Numbered from the stretch's first letter, positions 27,194 through 35,564 are shown. The stretch: 46,127 bases of DNA from a virus (IMGVR_UViG_3300034008_000048:1-46127), one strand, 5' to 3'. Notes: generated from the sequence alone by a model not told the origin. Numbers and translations are program-made.

Positions 27194-27366
27194 TCGCGCT
27201 ACTCGTCAAGGGCGTACTGGGATTGCTCAACGGCTTCATCCTGATAGTCCTGTTGGGCATGCTAGGTGTTCCGCTGGGGCCAATCGAGGTCAGCATCCTC
27301 TTGGCGTTTAGTGTGGTGGCCTTGCTGTTCGTTACGAGGAATCGTAAGACCATGTGCCAGCAGTAA
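27190..27366 (+). CDS. 58-aa 2-TM protein
   Basis: ATGA overlap; two TMs. Confidence 0.65.
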   Translation: MIALLVKGVLGLLNGFILIVLLGMLGVPLGPIEVSILLAFSVVALLFVTRNRKTMCQQ

Positions 27367-27383
27367 GAGAGCTGCACCCCTGT

Positions 27384-27440
27384 GTCCCCCAGTAGGTTAC
27401 GTATGCGCTTGCGACGTAACCTACTGGGGGACTTTTCTTT
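27384..27440 (+). terminator. Strong intrinsic terminator
   Basis: 19-bp perfect inverted repeat 27384-27402/27414-27432 followed by TTTTCTTT. Confidence 0.8.
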
Positions 27441-27469
27441 GTCTCCGCACGGCGTATAACTAGTGGTAG

Positions 27470-27595
27470 ATGGAGTTTTTTGAAGAGCACGAAAGGTCAG
27501 AGCAGGGCGTGATTCCACGCGAGGTCATCATTGTGACCCCTGAGGTGTTAGCAATTCGCGCGCTGATCGATCACTTCGGCCTTGATGAATCTTGA
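27470..27595 (+). CDS. 41-aa acidic microprotein, possibly leaderless
   Basis: TATAAC 9 nt upstream; MEFFEEHERSEQGVIPREV... Confidence 0.35.
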   Translation: MEFFEEHERSEQGVIPREVIIVTPEVLAIRALIDHFGLDES

Positions 27596-27717
27596 CGCTT
27601 GTGCGTAAATGGACGCAACTGAACGACTCACCAGACATGAGTCAAGTAGGGGGTAAAAGTAGGTGAAAATGAAAGAGAGACGCGTTACGCGCCCCTCATG
27701 TTTACTGTGTTTGTTAG

Positions 27718-27745
27718 GTGACTCACCAGACACTTACAGTATAAT
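27718..27745 (+). promoter_or_regulatory. Promoter for the large ncRNA
   Basis: GTGACT-N16-TATAAT. Confidence 0.5.
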
Positions 27746-27751
27746 TCATAG

Positions 27752-28732
27752 CAGCACTTTTGCAAATACTTTGACATCTCCCAGGTAGTAGTCCTGGGTT
27801 CATACAGTCACATGGCGATGCAAGTTGGCGTAATGAGAAATTGGTATCGAGTCCCGAAAGGGTAGCCCTAGTGCAGGTTCGAGTCCTGTCTTGCATCGTC
27901 GCTCGTGTGTAGTAGTGCGGGTAGTAAGACGCCCCAGCTAATGTAGCGAAGCGCGATGCTGAAGGCTTAGCGGCTGGAGCGACAGGCAAAGCAGAGGGCC
28001 CCTTGCGAAGTAGTTAGCGCGATGAACGTGGGGATTAATGTGAGCTAGCGTTAGCTGCGGGGTTTTGCTACTGGCACCATACACACGAGCACGCGGGAAT
28101 GGGAGGGCAGCCCAAAAAGAGTGATCTGCGGCAGGGTGCGGCCTTCGGGCCAATCTGCTATCCGGCCAGGCTCATCCCGCACCATGTGACTGTATGAAGA
28201 TAAGGTAGCTGTGAGGTGGCAAACGTCCTCATGAGTCGTTAGAGCTTGTCTCTTGCCTTAAACGCAAGTCATGCTTGCGGCCTCTCACATACCTTCAAAC
28301 CAAGGTCCGGGTTACCCCGGGGCTTGAAAACTATAGTGCGTGCCACATTCCCTGCCCCAGCGCATAGTCCCTGACCGTACAGCGAGCGTTCTCAGGCTTG
28401 GCCCACCGTGACTAACCATCAACGGGCCCGACTTACAGAGCGCTTGAGTTGCTGATCATCCTGTTGGAACAGACCCCAACTGGCAAGGCCGGAGCAGTCC
28501 GTGAGCACTTGGCAGGATGAGAGAGCAAGATGTCATTGGTTCGCAGTTCTCGTCTCCTGCAAGTAGTAGGGGAAGTCGGGGATATTGTCTTAGGTAAAGC
28601 ATTAGCGTATATTGCCAGTAACGGGACAGCACCGTCGTACTTAAATCAGACACCAGAAGCTTCCAAGCTTCCAAGCTTCATACACACATTCTCTTGACAC
28701 CGCCTCAGCCCACCCGAGGCGGTGTTTCTTTT
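27752..28732 (+). ncRNA. Large ornate structured ncRNA (GOLLD/ROOL-class candidate) with embedded tRNA-like domain
   Basis: No credible ORF; 17-bp and 11-bp perfect nested helices, many hairpins, UUCG/GAAA tetraloops; promoter and terminator bound it. Confidence 0.75.
28696..28732 (+). terminator. Intrinsic terminator of the large ncRNA
   Basis: GACACCGCCTC/GAGGCGGTGTT followed by TCTTTT. Confidence 0.8.
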
Positions 28733-28733
28733 G

Positions 28734-28762
28734 TTGACGGTATCTAACTGACCCGTCACAAT
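28734..28762 (+). promoter_or_regulatory. Promoter for the second ncRNA
   Basis: TTGACG-N17-CACAAT. Confidence 0.55.
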
Positions 28763-28767
28763 TGATC

Positions 28768-29056
28768 GTGTCCACTACGGACCGCATTGACGGTGAGCTT
28801 GCATGGTGCTCCCGTTATCCCACTGCTGGACAAGACGACGCTGCACCCTCGGCGTCGTCTTTCGTTTGCCAGAGCTGCGGCCGATCTGAGCCGGATGTAA
28901 GCGGTAGCTCCTGTTCGTCGCCCAGTCCAGTGACTTTGCTACTACTACAGAGGTCATCTTCGCTGCTCAGCGGCCTAGTGGGTGCTGTCATTGGACAGCA
29001 TTGAGCCAGCGGGCCTAACCAGCAAGGGGGTGTTCAGATCGAACACCCCCTTTTTC
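28768..29056 (+). ncRNA. ~290-nt multibranch structured RNA
   Basis: 5' end pairs with 28976-28985; 10-bp hairpin 28832-28861; ends at terminator 29024-29056. Confidence 0.6.
29024..29056 (+). terminator. Intrinsic terminator
   Basis: 12-bp perfect AAGGGGGTGTTC/GAACACCCCCTT followed by TTT. Confidence 0.75.
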
Positions 29057-29151
29057 CACAGCCTTTTATAAGTCTTGTATTGCCATTTGGTTAGCCACGT
29101 GTTTAAGTGAATGCATAACCTAATCCATGCAAAAGGGGGCCACCGACTTAC

Positions 29152-29388
29152 ATGACAAAGCAACCAGCCAGGAAACGCAGCACCGTCCTGGCGATCCGTA
29201 CCCGACCAGTCATCAAGGCGTTCGTGCAAGACCAGGCCAAGGCCAACAGCATAAGCGTCCGCGAGTACGTCGAGGAGGTGCTCATTAGAAACACAGCGTA
29301 TACACGCTTCAAAAAGCAGTGGAGGGACACACATGCCAAGCCAGACCAAACGAGAAACGATCACGACGACGGTGACGCGAGCAGCTAA
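29152..29388 (+). CDS. Ribbon-helix-helix DNA-binding protein
   Basis: VLAIR strand followed by two helices, ISVREYVEEVL; first gene of the rightward early operon. Confidence 0.6.
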   Translation: MTKQPARKRSTVLAIRTRPVIKAFVQDQAKANSISVREYVEEVLIRNTAYTRFKKQWRDTHAKPDQTRNDHDDGDASS

Positions 29389-29677
29389 CGGCCGCTTCGC
29401 ACCTAAGCGGATCGCTAACAGGCTCGCCACGACGCGCAACGAGCGACGGCGCACCGAGAACATGGAAGCTATGAACACGCCAGTCACAAGTGACTATGAG
29501 AATACGGCGATACGAAAGGCACCAAAGCGCACGTCGAACGGGCAGGGCCACGTCGATACATCCAGCTTGTGGCCATCTGAGTTCCAGGTAGGCGTGGTTG
29601 TTGGTGGACTTGCCACGGCCGCTCTGATCTTTCTCGGCATGATCCTTAAGGCGGTGATGGACGTACAGGCTGTATGA
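29333..29677 (+). CDS. C-terminal TM protein
   Basis: GGAGG RBS; RAANGRF motif; TM helix. Confidence 0.6.
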   Translation: MPSQTKRETITTTVTRAANGRFAPKRIANRLATTRNERRRTENMEAMNTPVTSDYENTAIRKAPKRTSNGQGHVDTSSLWPSEFQVGVVVGGLATAALIFLGMILKAVMDVQAV

Positions 29678-30612
29678 GTGACACGAAGAAACGGTCCGGC
29701 AGCCTCGACCCCGTCGCACCTGATAGCAGTGCCATCGAGCGCTACGAAGCTGAGCAGCCAAACGCGATCTCCATTCGCTCTATTGACGACATCAAACGCA
29801 TGTCCCTGATCTTCGTCCAGAGCGGCATGTTCAAAGGCGATACCCGCCTCAGTGAGCAGACCAAGATGTACCAGGCCGGGGTCAAGATCATCGCCGGTGT
29901 CGAGTTCGGCATTCAGCCGTTCGCGGCTATGCGCGGTATCAACATCATCAACGGCAACGCTGAGATGTCCGCCAACCTCATGGCAGCCAAGGTAAAGAAG
30001 CACCCGAAGTACGACTACCGCGTCACCAAGTGGGACCAGGATGGCTGCGCCATCGACTTCTACGAACTGCCGCACCCGAACGCACCGCGCAAGGAATGGG
30101 ACAAGCTTGGCGAGTCATCATTCAGCGCCGACGACGCTATAGCCGCTGGGTTATCTACAGGAAAGAATGCCGACACTTGGCGAAAATTTGCTCGCAACAT
30201 GTACTTCGCCAGGGCCATCAGCAACGGCGTCCGTATCTACACACCTGACGTGTTCTATGGGGCTCCGGTCTACGTTGAGGGCGAGATCAGCGGCGAGTTC
30301 GGGGACACGCCCCAAGAGGCAGACAAAGCGCCAGCGCAGGAGGCTGAGCTTGTTGACGCAAGTACGCCTACTCCAGAAGTGACTACGAACGGAGTGACGC
30401 GCGAGCAGCTAGGAGTCATGAAGGCCGGGTTTGAAGACCTCAATATCAATGAGCAGAGCGACATGCTCAATTACGTCGGCACTGTGATTGCCCGTCTCGT
30501 CGCCAGCGCGACAGAGCTGACAGAGGATGAGGCAAATCGTGTGATCAGCAAGATGGCATCTGATGTCGAACTGCTTGCTGGTGACGCGCCGGACTACGGA
30601 GCGTCAGCATGA
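29674..30612 (+). CDS. RecT-like single-strand annealing protein
   Basis: G.EFGIQPFAAMRGINII.G and W.KF.RNM.FARA motifs. Confidence 0.7.
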   Translation: MSDTKKRSGSLDPVAPDSSAIERYEAEQPNAISIRSIDDIKRMSLIFVQSGMFKGDTRLSEQTKMYQAGVKIIAGVEFGIQPFAAMRGINIINGNAEMSANLMAAKVKKHPKYDYRVTKWDQDGCAIDFYELPHPNAPRKEWDKLGESSFSADDAIAAGLSTGKNADTWRKFARNMYFARAISNGVRIYTPDVFYGAPVYVEGEISGEFGDTPQEADKAPAQEAELVDASTPTPEVTTNGVTREQLGVMKAGFEDLNINEQSDMLNYVGTVIARLVASATELTEDEANRVISKMASDVELLAGDAPDYGASA

Positions 30613-30776
30613 TCTCTGCCGTCACGCTGATGGTCCTGATGCTGCTTGCCGTCCCCGGTACGCGTTACCTGATAATCCGGCTCGACAAGCGCCGCGAGAC
30701 GCGTCGTCAAGAGGACGAGCTTGCCGGCCGCATCGAGAAGGCGTTCGGTATCAGGTCGTCGAGGTTGTGGCGATGA
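30609..30776 (+). CDS. 55-aa TM protein (not in ORF track)
   Basis: ATGA overlaps on both sides. Confidence 0.55.
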   Translation: MISAVTLMVLMLLAVPGTRYLIIRLDKRRETRRQEDELAGRIEKAFGIRSSRLWR

Positions 30777-31123
30777 ACGAGATCTACAGGCGGCTGAAGC
30801 TCAAGGGTTTCGACATGAGTTGGTACGAGCGAGGCAAAGCGAGTCTCGTCACCCCACTTGAGGACGACGCATGTTCGAAGGCTTCGATCTATCTGATGAA
30901 GGCGAACGGCACCGTTTGGACGCTCAGACTCAATGAGCGGGTTCACGACCGTGAGGACGGGACTGCGGTGGTGACCTACGAGGGTCAACCGCATCGCCAG
31001 GTGCGAGATACCGGCAAGACGCTGCCACAGGCCACGTACGTCTGTATGCACACCAAGACTGGCTATAGCGACCTCACTGTTGCGATGAGCCACGATCAGT
31101 GCAAATTGGAGACGACGACATGA
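30773..31123 (+). CDS. Hypothetical protein
   Basis: GAGG RBS; ATG 30773. Confidence 0.55.
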   Translation: MNEIYRRLKLKGFDMSWYERGKASLVTPLEDDACSKASIYLMKANGTVWTLRLNERVHDREDGTAVVTYEGQPHRQVRDTGKTLPQATYVCMHTKTGYSDLTVAMSHDQCKLETTT

Positions 31124-31359
31124 GTGTCGTCATGCTGCCGCCAGCCATCTGGGAGCTAGTGATCGTTCTGTCGATCAGCGGAGTCGTCGGGATTGTGGTG
31201 GCGTTTTACGCGGTCATATCGGTGCTGGGCCTTGGTGGGAAGGGTGACAGACGCCATCGCGTACTGGCTGAAGGACTGGCGACTGTGGCGGCAAGCGAGG
31301 CGAGAAGGGTATCCGGCCGACAAGGTCGAGCAGATGAAGATGATAAAAGCAATGAGTAA
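31120..31359 (+). CDS. TM protein
   Basis: ATGA overlap; one TM. Confidence 0.5.
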   Translation: MSVVMLPPAIWELVIVLSISGVVGIVVAFYAVISVLGLGGKGDRRHRVLAEGLATVAASEARRVSGRQGRADEDDKSNE

Positions 31360-31375
31360 ATGAAGGAGGTGATAG

Positions 31376-31864
31376 ATGATGAAGTTCAAGATAGGTGATC
31401 GTGTGAGGTTTAGTGATAAGAAACAAGAGATCACCGGAACAATCGTGATGACCAGAGCGGATGGTCACAACTACCGAGATAGCAAGGGAAGATATTTTTC
31501 ACCTCCGATCATATGCGACTACCGCGTTGCTCGAGACGTTGACGGCTACCCACAATTGATTGATGAGCAGGATCTCGAGTCAGTCAGAAAAGATTGGGAC
31601 AACCTGCAGGTCGGTGACATCCTGGTCGACAAAGAAGAAAACGAAGATCGAGTCATTGGTGTCTGTGGTGAAGCGATCTTCATTGGCTATGTGGACGGCT
31701 CGAGGGCCGCGAATTACTACTACACCGCTGCCGAGCTACGAAAGGGCGGCTGGACCATCAAGGGCGCTGGCACCGACGACACCGTCGAGCTGTCCATAGC
31801 CGAGCTTGAGCAGAAGCTTGGGTACGAGGCGGGCTCGCTGCGGGTGAAGAAGGACGCAGCGTGA
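31376..31864 (+). CDS. Protein with tandem KOW/SH3-like modules
   Basis: AAGGAGGT RBS; FKIGDRV and LQVGDIL. Confidence 0.7.
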   Translation: MMKFKIGDRVRFSDKKQEITGTIVMTRADGHNYRDSKGRYFSPPIICDYRVARDVDGYPQLIDEQDLESVRKDWDNLQVGDILVDKEENEDRVIGVCGEAIFIGYVDGSRAANYYYTAAELRKGGWTIKGAGTDDTVELSIAELEQKLGYEAGSLRVKKDAA

Positions 31865-32262
31865 GTCGGCTGTCTCAGCGCGGCGACGCGGTCGATGTGC
31901 TGATAGGACTTTTCGGCGTTGGCTCCGTGCTCCTGCTTATCGCTTCCATCGGGTTCGCGATCTGGTATCCATTGGCGACACATCGCCAGGAGACCATGAC
32001 CGTCACCAAGATGGAGCGGATCAACGCCGGCAAGACATCGAAGTATCTGGTCTTCACCAAGTCTGGTGTCTATGAGAACACCGACAGTCTCTTGAACTGG
32101 AAGTTCAACAGCTCCGACCTGTACAACGACCTACTCGTCGGGATGACTTACGACTGCGATGTGTACGGCTGGCGCGTCCGATTCTTGTCTTGGTACCCGA
32201 ACATCGTCGACTGCCAGAGTCGCGAGAGAGCGCTGGAGACAGCTGCCCGGAGCGCAATATGA
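31861..32262 (+). CDS. Membrane-anchored DUF1523-like protein
   Basis: YLVFT..GVYENTDS...KFNSSD...YGWRV.FLS.YPNI. Confidence 0.7.
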   Translation: MSRLSQRGDAVDVLIGLFGVGSVLLLIASIGFAIWYPLATHRQETMTVTKMERINAGKTSKYLVFTKSGVYENTDSLLNWKFNSSDLYNDLLVGMTYDCDVYGWRVRFLSWYPNIVDCQSRERALETAARSAI

Positions 32263-32570
32263 CCGGCCGCAAAGTTCTCGCCGTGACAGCGTGCGCCGCC
32301 CTAGTGGCCTTCTGCCTGGGCGCAGCGGCGGCCGGTGAGCCGGAGACACAGACCAGGGTCGAGGAACGCGTCGTCACTAGAGAAGTGCCCGTGACCAAGA
32401 CGGTCGAGAAGACCCCGGCGTCGTGTAAGACGGCGCTGGACATCGACAACCAGATCTTCACCAAGGTGGGGACGGCTTTGCAGACGATGGAGTTCACGGA
32501 AGCCAACGCGTATATGGAGAGCGTGCAGGCCAAACGGACGGCGAACTACGGGGACTGCATCAGCAGATAA
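32259..32570 (+). CDS. Secreted/membrane-anchored protein
   Basis: Signal-like N-terminus; VTREVPVT; TPASC. Confidence 0.6.
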   Translation: MTGRKVLAVTACAALVAFCLGAAAAGEPETQTRVEERVVTREVPVTKTVEKTPASCKTALDIDNQIFTKVGTALQTMEFTEANAYMESVQAKRTANYGDCISR

Positions 32571-32628
32571 GCGAAACGGGACCCCGGCACTTCCCCTCCA
32601 AGGTCCCGTCCGCCAGAGCTGGCGTCAG

Positions 32629-32862
32629 CTAGCCCTTAGAAGATCGAGGATCACTCGACCGGGGATACGTGTTCTTCTGTGCGATTTGGCCGTCCTTGTT
32701 GTGGACGACGTGCTCACCACCGGACTTGATGGTGCTCGCGCGACCGGCAGCCTGAGCTGCGGCCTTGGTGGGCGCGGGGTCGAAACCCCGCGTGGAACCC
32801 TCGGTGCGGTTGATCCAACCGTCATCACCGTTGGGCACTGTGTGAACTGTGCGTCTAGTCAT
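32629..32862 (-). CDS. DUF2188-family protein
   Basis: VHTVP...W...TK..A...GR...VHNKDGQI...NTY..DP..SKG. Confidence 0.8.
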   Translation of the reverse strand: MTRRTVHTVPNGDDGWINRTEGSTRGFDPAPTKAAAQAAGRASTIKSGGEHVVHNKDGQIAQKNTYPRSSDPRSSKG

Positions 32863-33113
32863 GTGTCACCTCCTAGGTCGACTAGTTACTGGCGAGTATA
32901 CCGGACAAATGACAGCGGTGTAGTTCGTCGTCCACAGGCGGCACCGGCTGCGGCCGTCCAGCTCGTCCAGGAGGATCACTACGTCGCACAAGATGTCTTT
33001 TACGAGGTTGCTAACAGTGGTCGCCGGTGCGACGTATACGAGAACATAAAACCGGAGAGTTGTCGTCAACAGGGGTGACGCCCTTGAAATATTGCGCCAG
33101 TGTGATTAAATCC

Positions 33114-33641
33114 ATGCATACCAAACTAAATAGTAGACAGCTGCAAATCATGGCCCAAATAGAGCTCGGATCGAAGGATGTGATCAAGCCGTACGTCATT
33201 GTTGACGAAGACCTACTTGATTACTTGTCACAATATAAGTGGCGTTGGCAAAGTGGATATGCTGCCACTACCATCACAGCGGAGGATGGTAGCCGCAAGA
33301 CAGTGAAAATGCATAGACTTATCGCAGGTGCCAAGCCGGGCGACATCGTCGACCACATCAACCGGGTTCGCTATGACAACAGGCGTGCAAACTTGAGACT
33401 CGCCACGGTGCTTGAGAACTCGCATAACAAGGGGAAAATCTATGGCCCGTTCGTTAGCTCCGACTATGTAGGCGTGTCACTCTACGGAACAACGAAAAAA
33501 CCTCGCTGGAAAAGCACCATCGCAGGCAACGTTCTTGGCATCTTCGACGATGAGCAAGAAGCTGCGTATGTCAGAGATCAGGCAGCGTTGCAGCTACACG
33601 GTGAATTCGCGTACACGAACTTCGATTACGCGGAGGCCTAA
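33114..33641 (+). CDS. HNH-AP2 endonuclease
   Basis: MHRLI; VDHINRVRYDNRRANLR; YVGVS; AAYVRD.AA..LHGEFA.TNF. Confidence 0.88.
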   Translation: MHTKLNSRQLQIMAQIELGSKDVIKPYVIVDEDLLDYLSQYKWRWQSGYAATTITAEDGSRKTVKMHRLIAGAKPGDIVDHINRVRYDNRRANLRLATVLENSHNKGKIYGPFVSSDYVGVSLYGTTKKPRWKSTIAGNVLGIFDDEQEAAYVRDQAALQLHGEFAYTNFDYAEA

Positions 33642-33680
33642 GTAACAACTAACGTGGACTCATCCACAAGGAACAGCAGC

Positions 33681-33926
33681 ATGAGCAAACATTCGCGAAA
33701 ATGGTACTTCAGGAATAAGAACATGTTTGATCCACTCACCGTTCAGGTGAGTAAGACCATAACTCCGTGGCAACGGTTCCTGCTTATCTTCCGGCCCTGG
33801 CGCATGAGCGTCGACCGAAGTGGCCCCTTTATCACGGTCACTTACTACAAGACGCTGCGAAAGACGGGATATGTGTTGAAGGTCGTCCGTCGTCGTGAGA
33901 GCGCAAGCAAGGCTGGTGATGCTTAG
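33681..33926 (+). CDS. Basic hypothetical protein
   Basis: AAGGA RBS. Confidence 0.5.
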   Translation: MSKHSRKWYFRNKNMFDPLTVQVSKTITPWQRFLLIFRPWRMSVDRSGPFITVTYYKTLRKTGYVLKVVRRRESASKAGDA

Positions 33927-34284
33927 CCCGTCACCCAACGGGCCGAACTGCGCCGACCTACCGCCACAGGCCATCGACAAGATGTTCAACGGTGAGGGCG
34001 AGCCGAAGTCCGTATACACCAAGGCTGCCAAGAACATCTGCGCTCGCTGCGTCGTCGTCCAGGAGTGCCGAGACGACGCACTGTACGGACCGACACCGAT
34101 CAAGCGCGGAGTGCGAGGTGGCCTAGCCGCCAACGAGCTGAGGCGTGCCCGAGCCTGGCTGAGCTACGAGCAGGGTGTCACCGACAAAGTGCCACGCGAG
34201 GGCCGCCCGGAGTGGCTACCAAGGGCTGAGTCGGCCGAGATCGTCGAGTCGATCCGTTCTAGTGACGAGGCGGGTGATGACTGA
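33919..34284 (+). CDS. whiB: WhiB-family Fe-S transcription factor
   Basis: C...AKNICARCVVVQEC four-Cys pattern; GVRGG turn. Confidence 0.85.
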   Translation: MLSPSPNGPNCADLPPQAIDKMFNGEGEPKSVYTKAAKNICARCVVVQECRDDALYGPTPIKRGVRGGLAANELRRARAWLSYEQGVTDKVPREGRPEWLPRAESAEIVESIRSSDEAGDD

Positions 34285-35086
34285 ACGAGCCACCAAAGCC
34301 CCGCAGCACGAGCTTGACTGGTCCGGCCTGCTCAGCGCCGCCCTCGAGATACCAGGCTCAGTCGGCAACAGCTTCCGACGTCTCTACAACTACAGCATGA
34401 GCAACTGCGCGTTCCTCTATATGCAAGGTGTCGCGCCTCAGCCAGTCGCTACGTACAACAGGTGGAAAGAGGTCGACCGTCACGTCAAACGTGGTGCTAG
34501 CGGTCGCTACATCATCCGGCCGATAACGGTGAAGCTGAAAGACGAGCTGGACGAGACGGGCCAACCGAAGACACTGACCCGCTTCAAGCCGGTCAAGGCC
34601 GTCTTCCCGATCAGCGACACCGAGGGTGAACCACTACCAGACATGGAGTTGCCGGAGTGGAGCCGCAAGCGAGCCCTAGGAGCACTCAGCATTCGCGAGG
34701 TGGCCTTCGAGCACTTCAACGGAAACATCGCCGGGTACAGCCACGGCAGGGACCTAGCGATCAACCCGGTAGCCGTAGACCCTGAGTTGACGTGGTTCCA
34801 CGAGGCCGCTCACATCCTGCACGGCCACACGACAGAGCGCCAGTCGGACCACCAGGGCGTCGTCGAGTTCGAGGCAGAAGGGTCGAGTTACCTCGTCGGC
34901 CACGAGCTGGGCGTCATGAACGACGCAGCGGCTGAGCGAAGCCGAGGGTACTTGCAAGGATGGTTAGGCGGCGTAGCAATAGAGCCGAAGTCAATCCGCT
35001 CGGTGTTCAAGGTATCGGACCAGATTGTCACAGCCGGCCGAGTTATCCCCACCGACGTTATTACCATTGTCAGCGACGAACAATAA
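34277..35086 (+). CDS. ArdC-like ssDNA-binding/antirestriction protein with metallopeptidase-like domain
   Basis: YS..N...ATY..W...R.VKRG; VFPISDTEG; HEAAH; EFEAE..SY. Confidence 0.8.
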   Translation: MTERATKAPQHELDWSGLLSAALEIPGSVGNSFRRLYNYSMSNCAFLYMQGVAPQPVATYNRWKEVDRHVKRGASGRYIIRPITVKLKDELDETGQPKTLTRFKPVKAVFPISDTEGEPLPDMELPEWSRKRALGALSIREVAFEHFNGNIAGYSHGRDLAINPVAVDPELTWFHEAAHILHGHTTERQSDHQGVVEFEAEGSSYLVGHELGVMNDAAAERSRGYLQGWLGGVAIEPKSIRSVFKVSDQIVTAGRVIPTDVITIVSDEQ

Positions 35087-35130
35087 AGCGATAATAAATC
35101 AGGCACCTGTTCCTTTCACAAAGCGGTTAG

Positions 35131-35310
35131 CGTGCTGCGTGTCCGTGCAGTATCGGACACCCAATTGCGGCACGTATCCCCGGTCGGTCACCTGCGAAGA
35201 CCGATCAGACGCCCATTACCTCGTCGGTAGTGGTAGGACCAGTTCGGATGCCCACCCTCCAGCTGGCCCTACCACCGCCGATGAACAAGCGCGGATTAAA
35301 TGGAGGGTGG
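35131..35310 (+). promoter_or_regulatory. Structured leader with anti-SD loop
   Basis: Three hairpins; loop CCACCCTCCA complementary to TGGAGGGTGG before ATG 35316. Confidence 0.55.
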
Positions 35311-35315
35311 ACCTC

Positions 35316-35564
35316 ATGCAACACAACAAACCAACTCATACGGACGGCGACTGTCGAGCTTGTCGTCCCGGCAACCGAAAGGGCGCGTCGTACTACCGCA
35401 CGATGCAACTGATCGCACAGGTTTTCGAAGGGCCGCGCTGCGCTCATGTGAAGACCAGGACCGTCATCGTGCCCGACACCGAGAACGAGCAGGGACTCGT
35501 GGTCGAGGGCGACGTCATGACGATGTGCGTCAACTGTGGTGCCCCGGTGGAGAGTCGATCATGA
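35316..35564 (+). CDS. Cys/His-rich small protein
   Basis: GGAGG RBS; CRAC, CAH and CVNCG. Confidence 0.6.
   Translation: MQHNKPTHTDGDCRACRPGNRKGASYYRTMQLIAQVFEGPRCAHVKTRTVIVPDTENEQGLVVEGDVMTMCVNCGAPVESRS

Noticed and set aside
27814-27900. Canonical tRNA gene
   Set aside because: T-arm and acceptor stem are present, but there is no proper D-stem, anticodon arm or CCA
27548-29004. ORF-track ORFs in the RNA island (60-88 aa)
   Set aside because: No clear RBS or coupling and no motifs; nested helices explain the sequence better
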